IMG/VR virus record: IMGVR_UViG_3300017746_000061
Span: 1 to 34,135 of that record
From: a virus
Lineage: Duplodnaviria > Caudoviricetes
Direction: 5' to 3' (one strand)
Length of the DNA stretch: 34,135 nucleotides
Part shown: in pieces, positions 17,169 through 26,872 of the stretch
How positions within the stretch are numbered: the stretch's first letter is position 1
How the letters are laid out: each line of letters starts with the position of its first letter
Translations under genes and position numbers: made by a program
Notes under the pieces: generated by a model
Told to the model about the DNA's origin: nothing
Database searches by the model: none
What the model saw: the letters and a program-made list of their open reading frames with translations, nothing else

Positions 17169-20100
17169 ATGACTAGAGACTTTACAAGAGACCTTTTTGC
17201 GTCAACATATAAAGATGATTTTGCTGATAGTGACAACTACCACAGAATTCTCTTTAACAATGGTCGTGCACTACAAGCTCGTGAATTAACACAGATGCAA
17301 ACCATTACCCAAAGAGAGATTTCTCGAATGGGTAGAAACATCTTCAAAGAAGGTGCGGCAGTCAACCCAGGTGGTGCGACTTGTAATAACGGATATGAGT
17401 TTATTAAACTCCAAGGAGACCTTCCAACCAATTCAATTGTTGGTACGCAGTTTACTTCAACAAGTAACTCCATTATTGTAGAAGTTATTGAGGCATTTGC
17501 ACGAGTATCAGAATCTGAGCCAGCTACAATCTATGTAAGATATATAAGCACGTCAGGCGGATCAAGTGGAACTGCACCAGTACGTGTTTCAGCAGGTGAT
17601 ACACTATCAGGTGGTGGTGAGACACTTACTGTTCAAGCAACAAACACTGTTGCTAACCCATGTGTTGGTCAAGGTACTAGAGTTTCTATCCACGCAGGTG
17701 ACTTCTTTGCTAACGATAGATTTGTATTTGCGGCAGAACAATCATTAATTATTTCTAAGTATACCTCAGACGCAAATGCTGTTGTTGGTTTTAAGGTTAT
17801 ACAGGATATCGTCACAGTATCTGACACTTCGGCGTTATATGATAACTCAGGTGCCACACCCAACTTATCTGCCCCAGGTGCTGATAGATACCGTATTAGA
17901 TTAATCATTGCTGATCAGGCTAATGTCGCCGCAGATGAGAACTTTATCTACATCTGTAAGGTCACGGATGGTGTGATCGTTTCACAAGTTGAACCAACAG
18001 ACAACTACAATACAATTGAAGATAGAATGGCTCTTCGTACTTCAGAAGAATCTGGGAACTATATTGCTAAAAGGTTTACTGTAAGTTTTGACACTAATGA
18101 AACTAATGCAAACAATCTAGACTTTGATATTACTCCGGGTGTTGCGTATGTGGATGGTTACAGGGCAGTTATCAACTCTCCTTTATCAATTCCAGTTCCA
18201 AAGCCTAGAACAACAATCACAGAAAACAATAATGTTGTAGCGGCGGCATACGGTCAGTATGTTATTTGTTCTGGAAACAAAGGTCTACCAAACATTGAGA
18301 CATTTGCTGAAGTAAATCTATATCCTAACACAACAGGTACAGGAACTGTTATCGGTACTGCACGTGTAAGAGCAGTTGAAGAAGATGGTTCTAACTTTAG
18401 AGTTTATCTATTCGATATTAAGATTAATGCTAACAAGAACAAAAACAATGTTAAGTCGTTGGGCAGTGGCTCTACAGACTATATGACACTGGTACTTGAA
18501 AACTCACTAGCGGCGTTTAAAGACGAAGCGTCTACAAGTCTATTATTTCCATTGCCAGAAGATCGTCCAAAAGTTATTACAGATATCTCATTAACTACAC
18601 AGCGTAAACGTAGTGCGGTTGTTTCTGGTCAATCTGGATCCCTTACACTAACCGCAACAGGCGAAACCTTTGCGGATACTAGTGCTTGGATTGCGGCACA
18701 TGCAGACTCAGATATCAACACAAACATCACATTCAGTGGTGCTGGTAGTACATCAAGTACAATCGGTGGTGACATTCCAGATGGTACTTATGAGATCTTA
18801 ACATATGTTAACAAGTCGGCTGGTACTGTTAGAACTAAAAGCATAACAGAAGTTACAGAAACTATTACTCCAGACGCATCTGGGCATTTAAACTTTACAA
18901 ACGCTGATATTAGTAGCATTGAGAGAATTACTCTTGCAGATTCAGATGGTGCTGATCTAACAACGTCTTATGACTTAGATAACGGTCAACGTGACTTTGC
19001 TTACCTAAATGGTAGAATGCTTAAGAAAGCTGGAGTTACACAATCGGCTGATGTGTTTGTAAGATATAAACACTTCACACATGGCGCATCTGGTGACTTC
19101 TTTGCTGTTAACTCTTACACTGGACAAGTTGACTATGGTGATATTCCATCATATACTCAATCAAATGGGACAGAAGTTAATTTAAGAAATGTCCTTGATT
19201 TCCGCTCAACAGTTAACTCGTCAGGTAACTTTGGTTCTGGTGCTCGTATTAATGAGATGCCTAAAAATACAAGTTTGATTACATGTGATGCGGAATATTA
19301 CTTAGGTAAAAAGGTACGTGTTGTTATCGATAAAGAAAGCAACGTTACTGCAATTGAAGGTGAACCGGGCGTAAAGCCAATGTTACCTCCAATTCCTACA
19401 AATTCTTTAGATCTGTTCCATGTGAACATGAACCCATTTACAATTAATGACTCAGATGTATCATCCACTACTATTAGAGCTAAACGCTTTACTATGCGTG
19501 ACATTGGTAAGATCGAAGAACGTATTGACAAACTAGAAGAAGCTACAGCATTGAGCCTTCTTGAACTAGAAACTAATTCGTTTAATGTTCTTGACGCAAG
19601 CGGAAACAACAGAACTAAATCAGGTTTCTTTGTGGACAACTTTGCTGATCAAGCAAGATCTTTCCAGTCGGCAGACTATAGGGCATCTATTGATCCAGAG
19701 GCTAAAATAATGCGCCCTTGGTTCTCAGAAGCAAACATTAGAATGCTTTACGATAGTGACCTATCTACAGGCGTAGTTCTTAAAGGTGACAGCGTTTACC
19801 TTAATCACACAAACCAAAACTATGTTGATCAGGCACAAGCCACAGAATTCATGAACATTAACCCATTTGCGGTTATTATTGGTCAAGGTTTCATTGAGCT
19901 ATCTCCTTCTTCAGATGAGTGGGTTGATGTTGATCGTAAACCAGATCGTGTTGAAGATGGTGGTACAAGACTACGTAATAATGGTACTGCAACACTTTGG
20001 AACAACTGGAGATGGAATTGGGTTGGTCGTGAAGATCAGCTAGAGGTTGGGTCACAGCTTGCATCACAGACAGTAGGAAGAACTACTTCAGTAGATAGAG

Positions 20101-22208
20101 TTGTTGCATCAGAAACAGTTCGTGAATTTGTTGCGGATCGTGTATTGGATGTTGCTTTCATTCCATTCATGAGATCTAAGAAAATAAGTTTCCGTGGATT
20201 TGGTCTCAAACCAAATACTCAGGTCTATGCATTCTTTAACGATAAACCAATTGCAGATTGGGTAAGGGCAGAAACATTTACAAGATTTGCCAATACTGTT
20301 GACGATTATGGTAACCAATATAAGAATGCTACTGAGCATCCAGATGGAAAGTCTACACTTACTACAAATGCAGAAGGTAATATCGAAGGATCATTCTTTA
20401 TTCCAAACGGTACAACTAAGTTTAGAACAGGTACACGTGAGTTTAAAATTCTAGACATTAGTGTTGCCAACGAAGATGATGCGACATCTATTGCGGTAAC
20501 ACCATTTACATCATCTGGTATATTGGAAACAAGACAGGCAACATTCACATCTACTCGTGTGCTTACTATTGGTGGTTCAACTACTACTGTCCCAAGACCA
20601 AGAAGAAATCCTCCCGCAAGAACACAGGCTTCTTCTACTCGTAACCGTAACAGAAGATGTGATCCATTGGCTCAAACATTCATGGTTAATGAGACTGAAG
20701 GTTTATTTGTAACTCGTATCGGTGTTAGGTTCCAGTCAAAAGATCCAACTGTTCCTGTTATTTGTCAGATCAGACCAACAGTTAATGGCGTACCATCGGC
20801 AGATGAAATTGTCCCTAACGGAGTTAAGTCGTTGTCACCAAGTGCAATTAGTACAAGTGAAGACGGAACTGTGGTCACATACTTTGACTTTGATGAGCCT
20901 GTATACTTAAATGGTAACACAGAGTACTCCATGGTATTACTAGCTGATACAACTGGATATCATGTATTTGTTGCAAAAGCAGGAGATCTTATCGTAGGAT
21001 CTACGGAGAAACGTGTTACTAAACAACCTACATTGGGTTCATTATTTAAATCTCAGAACGCAAGAACTTGGTCGGCAGATCAAGAAAGAGACTTGACATT
21101 TACACTTGATCGTGCTAAGTTTGACACTGACGGTGGTGATGTTGTTCTTGAGAATGCCAATGTACCAGTATATACTTTAGATCCAAATTCATTAGAAACC
21201 ACAAATTCATCAGGTACTATTAAAGTATTTGCAATTGGTCATGGTCTATTAGTTAACGATAAGACAACAATTGCAGGTGCAGTAGCATTCGGTGGAATTG
21301 CGGCGGCAAATATTAACGGTCAAAGAACAGTGACTAAGGTAGATGGTTATGGATTTGAATTTACGGCAGGTGCGTCAGATGTAGCATCATCTACTGTAGC
21401 AGGTGGTGGTAGTGCAGTGACTATAACAAGAAACATTGAAATCGATACTGCGCTTCCTTACTTCGAAACATTATCCCCACCTTCAACACTGATTTCACAT
21501 TCAGCTAAGTTTACAACAGGTAAGTCTTTTGCTGGTACCGAAACAGCATATACTAAAGATGGACTTTACACACCTATCTCTAATAGAAACAATAACGTAT
21601 TCTTAACACCTAGAACTATTGCTTCTTCAGAGAACTCAGCATTAAATATGAGTGGTGCTAAATCTATCACACACAAGATCAATCTAAAGACTAACGATGA
21701 TAAGGTGTCTCCTGTAGTAGATTTACAACGTGCATCTATAACTGGTATTAAGAACTTAGTGGATAGACAGGTTGCTAGTGGTGCGGCAAATAACGAAAAC
21801 GTTCCTCTAGAATACATTGCAGAAACAAATCCAACTGGTGGTTCTAGCTTATCCAAACATATAACTCAACCAGTTTCTTTAGAAGAAAGTGCTGTTGGGA
21901 TTAAGATCCTTATAGGTGCTAATAGACCAAGTGCATCAGACTTTGATGTTTACTATAGAACGAATGCTTCAGATACTAATGCGGCAGGTAATCTTCTAGA
22001 CTCAACATGGGTGTTGGCAACTAAAGAAACTGAAGTCCCATCAGATGAAAATCCTAATGTGTTCAGAGAATACAGATACCTTGTTGGGGGAGATGGTGGT
22101 ACTATGGATGCCTTCTCACAATTCCAAGTTAAGATTGTTCTACAGTCTAGTAACACATCAACACCGCCAGTAATTCAAGATCTACGAATTATTGCATTGG
22201 GTGTATAA
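17169..22208 (+). CDS. Large virion structural protein, VrlC/DUF4815-like
   Basis: Y.DDF.....Y.RILF..GRALQARELTQ.Q, APGADR, RT.EESG.Y, TMRDIGK.E.RI..LE, KSGFFVDNF, DPLAQTF, GSLFKSQN..TW, P.I.DLR.IAL. Confidence 0.85.
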   Translation: MTRDFTRDLFASTYKDDFADSDNYHRILFNNGRALQARELTQMQTITQREISRMGRNIFKEGAAVNPGGATCNNGYEFIKLQGDLPTNSIVGTQFTSTSNSIIVEVIEAFARVSESEPATIYVRYISTSGGSSGTAPVRVSAGDTLSGGGETLTVQATNTVANPCVGQGTRVSIHAGDFFANDRFVFAAEQSLIISKYTSDANAVVGFKVIQDIVTVSDTSALYDNSGATPNLSAPGADRYRIRLIIADQANVAADENFIYICKVTDGVIVSQVEPTDNYNTIEDRMALRTSEESGNYIAKRFTVSFDTNETNANNLDFDITPGVAYVDGYRAVINSPLSIPVPKPRTTITENNNVVAAAYGQYVICSGNKGLPNIETFAEVNLYPNTTGTGTVIGTARVRAVEEDGSNFRVYLFDIKINANKNKNNVKSLGSGSTDYMTLVLENSLAAFKDEASTSLLFPLPEDRPKVITDISLTTQRKRSAVVSGQSGSLTLTATGETFADTSAWIAAHADSDINTNITFSGAGSTSSTIGGDIPDGTYEILTYVNKSAGTVRTKSITEVTETITPDASGHLNFTNADISSIERITLADSDGADLTTSYDLDNGQRDFAYLNGRMLKKAGVTQSADVFVRYKHFTHGASGDFFAVNSYTGQVDYGDIPSYTQSNGTEVNLRNVLDFRSTVNSSGNFGSGARINEMPKNTSLITCDAEYYLGKKVRVVIDKESNVTAIEGEPGVKPMLPPIPTNSLDLFHVNMNPFTINDSDVSSTTIRAKRFTMRDIGKIEERIDKLEEATALSLLELETNSFNVLDASGNNRTKSGFFVDNFADQARSFQSADYRASIDPEAKIMRPWFSEANIRMLYDSDLSTGVVLKGDSVYLNHTNQNYVDQAQATEFMNINPFAVIIGQGFIELSPSSDEWVDVDRKPDRVEDGGTRLRNNGTATLWNNWRWNWVGREDQLEVGSQLASQTVGRTTSVDRVVASETVREFVADRVLDVAFIPFMRSKKISFRGFGLKPNTQVYAFFNDKPIADWVRAETFTRFANTVDDYGNQYKNATEHPDGKSTLTTNAEGNIEGSFFIPNGTTKFRTGTREFKILDISVANEDDATSIAVTPFTSSGILETRQATFTSTRVLTIGGSTTTVPRPRRNPPARTQASSTRNRNRRCDPLAQTFMVNETEGLFVTRIGVRFQSKDPTVPVICQIRPTVNGVPSADEIVPNGVKSLSPSAISTSEDGTVVTYFDFDEPVYLNGNTEYSMVLLADTTGYHVFVAKAGDLIVGSTEKRVTKQPTLGSLFKSQNARTWSADQERDLTFTLDRAKFDTDGGDVVLENANVPVYTLDPNSLETTNSSGTIKVFAIGHGLLVNDKTTIAGAVAFGGIAAANINGQRTVTKVDGYGFEFTAGASDVASSTVAGGGSAVTITRNIEIDTALPYFETLSPPSTLISHSAKFTTGKSFAGTETAYTKDGLYTPISNRNNNVFLTPRTIASSENSALNMSGAKSITHKINLKTNDDKVSPVVDLQRASITGIKNLVDRQVASGAANNENVPLEYIAETNPTGGSSLSKHITQPVSLEESAVGIKILIGANRPSASDFDVYYRTNASDTNAAGNLLDSTWVLATKETEVPSDENPNVFREYRYLVGGDGGTMDAFSQFQVKIVLQSSNTSTPPVIQDLRIIALGV

Positions 22209-22426
22209 TGATTAAGGTTGAAGGGCATTCGAATTTAAGAAGAGATCCAAATTCGGGTGCTATAATCAATATAAATAAAGATGAACTCTCAAGTGCAAGA
22301 TCAAGAAAGATCCAACAGAAGAGAAAAGAACGAGAAGATAAACAACTGAAAGCAGATGTAGAGACCTTACAGAATGAGATAAGTGACATCAAACAACTGT
22401 TGACTCAAATTGTAGAGAAAATTTAA
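22208..22426 (+). CDS. Small conserved hypothetical protein with coiled-coil C-terminus
   Basis: KVEGH.NL.RD..SGAIIN pattern typical of the gene following VrlC-like genes; coupled by a TAATG overlap. Confidence 0.75.
   Translation: MIKVEGHSNLRRDPNSGAIININKDELSSARSRKIQQKRKEREDKQLKADVETLQNEISDIKQLLTQIVEKI
22270..22277 (+). promoter_or_regulatory. Possible internal late promoter TATAAATA for the fibre gene
   Basis: Exact consensus but inside a CDS, about 150 nt upstream of ATG 22427. Confidence 0.4.
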
Positions 22427-23845
22427 ATGGCTAGAACTTACGTAAATCTTACAGATACTGTATCTGCTTTCAAAAACAAAGTTAACGAGATCTCTTATGA
22501 TGTCGGGGATATCACATTGATGTCCACTTCGGGGGGTGACAGTGATGTTGTACAGGCCATTAACTCTTTGGATAGTGACATTGGTGGAATTTCCAACCTA
22601 ACAACAACAGACAAGTCTAGTATCAAATCAGCTATTAACGAACTTGATGCTGAGATTGGTGCCGCTACTTTAACAACTAGTGCAACCACACTCAAAGGTG
22701 CGATTAACGAACACGAAACACAAATCAATAACCTTGATAGTGACATAGGTACAAGAGGTTCTTTGACTACAGATGCTGATCAAAACATTGTAGTTGCGAT
22801 TAATGAAGTGGATGCTAATGCCTCAAGTGCACTAACAAAAGCGAATGCGGCAGAAACATCTCTAGGTACGATTTCACCAGCTGTTATGGGAACTACAGCA
22901 AGTACAGTAGGTGCGGCTATTGGTGAGATCCATGGACAAGTAGATAGTGCGGCGACAGTTGTTGGTGCTCTAGGTTCATTGGTGACAACAGCTAAAGGTA
23001 GTATTGTTGCGGCTATTAATGAAGTAAAGATTGATGGAACAGACTCCGCAGAAGTTGTAGATATCTTTAGTGCGGCTAACACTGGCACAGGATATGGTAC
23101 TCTTTCATATGGTGACGATGGTGTCTACACATATGCTAAAGTAACGAATGCCAATATCCGAAGTGCTATTTCAGCAGGCGAAGGTATAGACATTGCGAGT
23201 GGTGTTATCTCAGGCGAAAATGCCTCATTAACTAACAAGGGTATTGCCTCATTTGACTCAGCATCATTTGATGCTACTAGTGGTCACATTGCCATCAAGG
23301 CAGGATCATTAGATGCTAATTTGATTGAGGATGGATCTATTACTGCGGCTAAATTGGGAACAAACGCCGTAACTACTATTAAGATTAATGGTTCGGCTGT
23401 CACCACAGCTAAGATTAATAACTCTGCCGTTACAACTGACAAGATTAATAACCTAGCAGTCACAACTGGTAAGATTGCGGCAGATGCGGTAACATATGCT
23501 AAACTACAAGACTTAGTTACTGCAAATAGAGTATTAGGAGCAACATCTGCGGGTGTCATTGGCGAAACTCAAGTAGTAAAGGCAATGATTGGTGCTGATG
23601 CTGTTGATGGAACTAAGATTGAAGATGATGCTATTGCTTCAGAACATATTGCAGATGATGCAGTAACTGGAGATCACATTGCAACAAACGCCGTAACTTC
23701 GGATGGAATAGCCGCAGGTGCAGTGGGTGAGAGCGAAATTGGTGATGATGCAGTCTCTCAAGCAGAACTAAAAGACGTTGTTACATTAGTGATATATAGT
23801 AGCGATGGAACAGCAGTGAAGACACTATATGGTGCAGGAAGTTAA
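22427..23845 (+). CDS. Fibre/whisker-like structural protein with two repeat regions
   Basis: Ala/Thr/Ser/Gly-rich; N-half repeats (LTT......AINE...IG), C-half AVTxxKI decamer repeats. Confidence 0.7.
   Translation: MARTYVNLTDTVSAFKNKVNEISYDVGDITLMSTSGGDSDVVQAINSLDSDIGGISNLTTTDKSSIKSAINELDAEIGAATLTTSATTLKGAINEHETQINNLDSDIGTRGSLTTDADQNIVVAINEVDANASSALTKANAAETSLGTISPAVMGTTASTVGAAIGEIHGQVDSAATVVGALGSLVTTAKGSIVAAINEVKIDGTDSAEVVDIFSAANTGTGYGTLSYGDDGVYTYAKVTNANIRSAISAGEGIDIASGVISGENASLTNKGIASFDSASFDATSGHIAIKAGSLDANLIEDGSITAAKLGTNAVTTIKINGSAVTTAKINNSAVTTDKINNLAVTTGKIAADAVTYAKLQDLVTANRVLGATSAGVIGETQVVKAMIGADAVDGTKIEDDAIASEHIADDAVTGDHIATNAVTSDGIAAGAVGESEIGDDAVSQAELKDVVTLVIYSSDGTAVKTLYGAGS
23366..23506 (+). 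repeat. Tandem 30-nt / 10-aa repeats AVTTxKIxxx
   Basis: AVTTIKINGS AVTTAKINNS AVTTDKINNL AVTTGKIAAD AVTYAKL; aagattaat recurs at 30-nt spacing. Confidence 0.85.
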
Positions 23846-23849
23846 TTAG

Positions 23850-24776
23850 ATGGCAGTTAGAACTCCTCTTATATTAGATGGGTCGAACAATCTCATAGAG
23901 ATGTCTACGGCTCAAATAAATGCAGTTAAAAATAGATGCAGATATTTGTATGGAGCCTCTCCATCTGTTACACTATCACGTGTTGCGTCTAATGGTGGGT
24001 TGGGCAATCTTTCTGATACACGTAAGCAAGCTGGTGCCATGTCAACAAGCGTATCATCATTACCGAGTGAAGCAACTACGGCGGAACCATCCACAGTTAC
24101 GGTTCAACGTGCTCATATTAGTGAAAGTAGAACCAATACATCGGCTACGGCAGATACTAATAATGTTGCATTTCCAGTCTATCAGACAAGTGGTAATATC
24201 CAAGCCATGACTTTGACTGATGTTTATGATACATTTATCTATCCTGCTATTGACACGATTACAGGTGCCGCTGGACAACCAGGAACATATTACATTCATA
24301 CAGCCACAACACTAAGTGGATATACTGCGGTATCTAATTCCATAGTATATGCTGATACAAGAGCCAACACATCAGCATATACGGCTGGTGGTATTGGTGA
24401 GACATTAGATCAACCTACTACAATTACTAACTACTATCTCCTAGCGGCTGATAACATTTCGGCTCCTTCTATGGAACAGATGTTGTTTATCAGAAACTCA
24501 GATAAGAATATAGAACAATATACTCAGGCAGAGATGGATGGGTGGCTACAGAACTGCATGAGACATGTCGCATCTGAAGTAACTGGATCGAAGATATCAT
24601 ACAATCTTAATGGAAGTGGAACTAATCTAGGATCTGGTATGGCAGATACTATCCTTAATGGCGCTGGTAACCACCAAACACGTTACGTTGGTCTTGATGA
24701 CTATCGTGCACAGGAATTCCCTAACGGTTCTGCCGTAACTGCAACAACTCACAGACTTAAAATGGAACAGGTGTAA
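23850..24776 (+). CDS. Hypothetical protein, probably virion structural
   Basis: 308 aa Thr/Ser/Ala-rich ORF continuing the late operon 4 nt after the fibre gene. Confidence 0.6.
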   Translation: MAVRTPLILDGSNNLIEMSTAQINAVKNRCRYLYGASPSVTLSRVASNGGLGNLSDTRKQAGAMSTSVSSLPSEATTAEPSTVTVQRAHISESRTNTSATADTNNVAFPVYQTSGNIQAMTLTDVYDTFIYPAIDTITGAAGQPGTYYIHTATTLSGYTAVSNSIVYADTRANTSAYTAGGIGETLDQPTTITNYYLLAADNISAPSMEQMLFIRNSDKNIEQYTQAEMDGWLQNCMRHVASEVTGSKISYNLNGSGTNLGSGMADTILNGAGNHQTRYVGLDDYRAQEFPNGSAVTATTHRLKMEQV

Positions 24777-24777
24777 A

Positions 24778-25284
24778 ATGACAATACACAATTTAGAAAT
24801 TAGCACAGCACACTTCACTAACAATGAACGTACCGAGATTGAGGTAATGCTCTTCAGCGAAGACTCGACTGAAGATGACGTGGTTCTTATTCCCTTTAGC
24901 ATCGAAGCTAAGGATGGAGATGCTGATTATGATTGGTTATTGAGTAAGATTGATATTGACCAAATTCATGAGAATACCTTCAACAAGTTCCGTAGAGAGA
25001 ATGAAGAATTCCGAGAGATGATCATTGCTACTGGCAAAGAGATGGAATTGATCGTTGCTGACAGTTTAGAAGGAAACATGCATGGGGCTTTAATTGATGC
25101 ACTATTTGAAGAGTATGATGAAGAAGAGATGAAAGAAAGTCTATTTCTAATTAAACTTAAAGTCTTTGAAATGGACATTATCAAAACAAGTAAAGACCGT
25201 GAGACTAAGGCGAAGCTTAGAAAGGCTAAAACCTTTATTGACGTTGTGAAGTATACAGCAATGCTTATCTCACCCGAAAAATAG
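24778..25284 (+). CDS. Acidic hypothetical protein (possible fibre assembly factor)
   Basis: 168 aa, starts 1 nt after the previous stop, last gene of the plus-strand operon; function is a positional guess. Confidence 0.5.
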   Translation: MTIHNLEISTAHFTNNERTEIEVMLFSEDSTEDDVVLIPFSIEAKDGDADYDWLLSKIDIDQIHENTFNKFRRENEEFREMIIATGKEMELIVADSLEGNMHGALIDALFEEYDEEEMKESLFLIKLKVFEMDIIKTSKDRETKAKLRKAKTFIDVVKYTAMLISPEK

Positions 25285-26046
25285 ATCAAACTTCTTATGA
25301 ACAAAGTGTAAAAAGTGTGAGGCAGAAGTCATCTGTTGCTCATTATGATCTACTATGAAGTTCCAAGGCATTCCAATGTTAGTAAAAGGTAAGTCATACT
25401 TCTCTACAATGTAAGAGAATATAACTTCATTGTTCAATACCCAATTCTTACTCATCTTTTCTGGATAAACATTATCTTCTAATGCTTCATTGAATGTAAG
25501 TACAGCCTCTACAGATCTTTCTGCAAAGTTTAAGTTACGGATACATTTAGAATTCATTAACAAAACACCTGTATTAATACAACTTTGTTTTCCAACAATG
25601 TCGTGAAGAAGAAGCATGGCTTGTTTGTTAATAGCTTTGCTATACATGTCCATAGAATTCCACTCGAAATCATCTTCTAAACGCCAACGTAATACTTTCC
25701 TTGTATCTCCTATTACATCTATGTCAAATGAACATATAGTGTTTAAATCAAACCTATCGAAGATGTTTACTGTGGTGTTTGGTATGACATCAAAATCTAG
25801 GTACATTACTTGATCGTACTTATGTCCTAGCTTTTCAAACATATTAAGCTTTTCGAACTGTACGTCAATGTAGTCTGTTGAGTTTGGTTTGAATATCTTA
25901 TAGTCTGCTCCACACAGATCCGCATACTCTTTCTGCTTATTTTCTAATTGGTCTGCATACTTAGAGAACTGTTGCCTTTTAAAGTCAGGTACAGAGGCAT
26001 GATCATCAAGATCATTTCTATATAAACTGAATATTATTCTTTTCAC
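25270..26046 (-). CDS. GT-A fold glycosyltransferase
   Basis: YDQVMYLDFDV (DxD), INTGVLL, NNE, WN, C-terminal FLHFVHK. Confidence 0.75.
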   Translation of the reverse strand: MKRIIFSLYRNDLDDHASVPDFKRQQFSKYADQLENKQKEYADLCGADYKIFKPNSTDYIDVQFEKLNMFEKLGHKYDQVMYLDFDVIPNTTVNIFDRFDLNTICSFDIDVIGDTRKVLRWRLEDDFEWNSMDMYSKAINKQAMLLLHDIVGKQSCINTGVLLMNSKCIRNLNFAERSVEAVLTFNEALEDNVYPEKMSKNWVLNNEVIFSYIVEKYDLPFTNIGMPWNFIVDHNEQQMTSASHFLHFVHKKFDLFFG

Positions 26047-26872
26047 ACCATTGCCTCACATAATCAAAGTCCTTACTAATACAATGTACGAACTTTGCAT
26101 CTTTAGTTATATAGCTCCACTTGTCCATAAGGTGGTGCCAATAACCTAACTCTTGATAAGGAACATTGTTTAAGTATGTCTTAGTTCCCCATACAGTTTC
26201 GTTATCATAACCAAACATGTAACTAATAGTATCTGGATAGAACTCATCAGATATCATACTTTCCATAGTGTCGAGAGTTTCTTCAAAGTCATCAAAGTAT
26301 TTAAGCTGTTTTAGATGTTCTCGTTTTGCCCCCACTATTGCAGTGTTGAATACATCAGGTTGGTCTAGATTTACGTCATAGTCTGCAAGAAGACATTTAC
26401 TATTCCACATCTTAGCCATAGGAGATCTTACACCATGTGTGTACGAAAGAGTTGATGATTTGATTATAGGCTGTTGACCATTGGCAGTACCAGTCATAAT
26501 AGCAATGCCTTTAGATAGATCTATCTCTTCAAAGAAGTTTAGATCCGTGACAGGTATTACATCAATGTCTAGGTAAAGAACTTCATCATACTCTTCCGAC
26601 AAGTTCATCATTAGGTGGATCTTGTAGAAGTTGATGATATCATAATATGAGATCTGTGGATAGTTATCCTCAAACCATTTAGCATACGTATCAAATGCTT
26701 CATCTTTGGTGTAGTGTTTATATTCTACACCTATCTTATTAGCATAATGTTTCTGACTTGTCAATAGCCAATCGTAATTATCGGCAAACTTCTCCTTAGA
26801 GCTATGGTGTGATACCAACAACTCATTTGGGATTTCGATGTAGAAACTGTATATAACTCTACTGATAGCCAA
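26018..26872 (-). CDS. GT-A fold glycosyltransferase, paralogue of 25270-26046
   Basis: YDEVLYLDIDVIP (DxD), FNTAIV, DNE, FVHCISK; same motif order as its neighbour. Confidence 0.75.
   Translation of the reverse strand: MAISRVIYSFYIEIPNELLVSHHSSKEKFADNYDWLLTSQKHYANKIGVEYKHYTKDEAFDTYAKWFEDNYPQISYYDIINFYKIHLMMNLSEEYDEVLYLDIDVIPVTDLNFFEEIDLSKGIAIMTGTANGQQPIIKSSTLSYTHGVRSPMAKMWNSKCLLADYDVNLDQPDVFNTAIVGAKREHLKQLKYFDDFEETLDTMESMISDEFYPDTISYMFGYDNETVWGTKTYLNNVPYQELGYWHHLMDKWSYITKDAKFVHCISKDFDYVRQWCEKNNIQFI

Noticed and set aside
20640-20681. Possible intein at the Cys before DPLAQTF
   Set aside because: No HINT blocks or His-Asn terminus; the conserved host motif follows immediately.
23366-23760. 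Periodic repeats as a CRISPR array or DGR template/variable pair
   Set aside because: Repeats are degenerate, in frame and codon-periodic; no spacers, no adenine-specific mismatch pair and no reverse transcriptase in the window.
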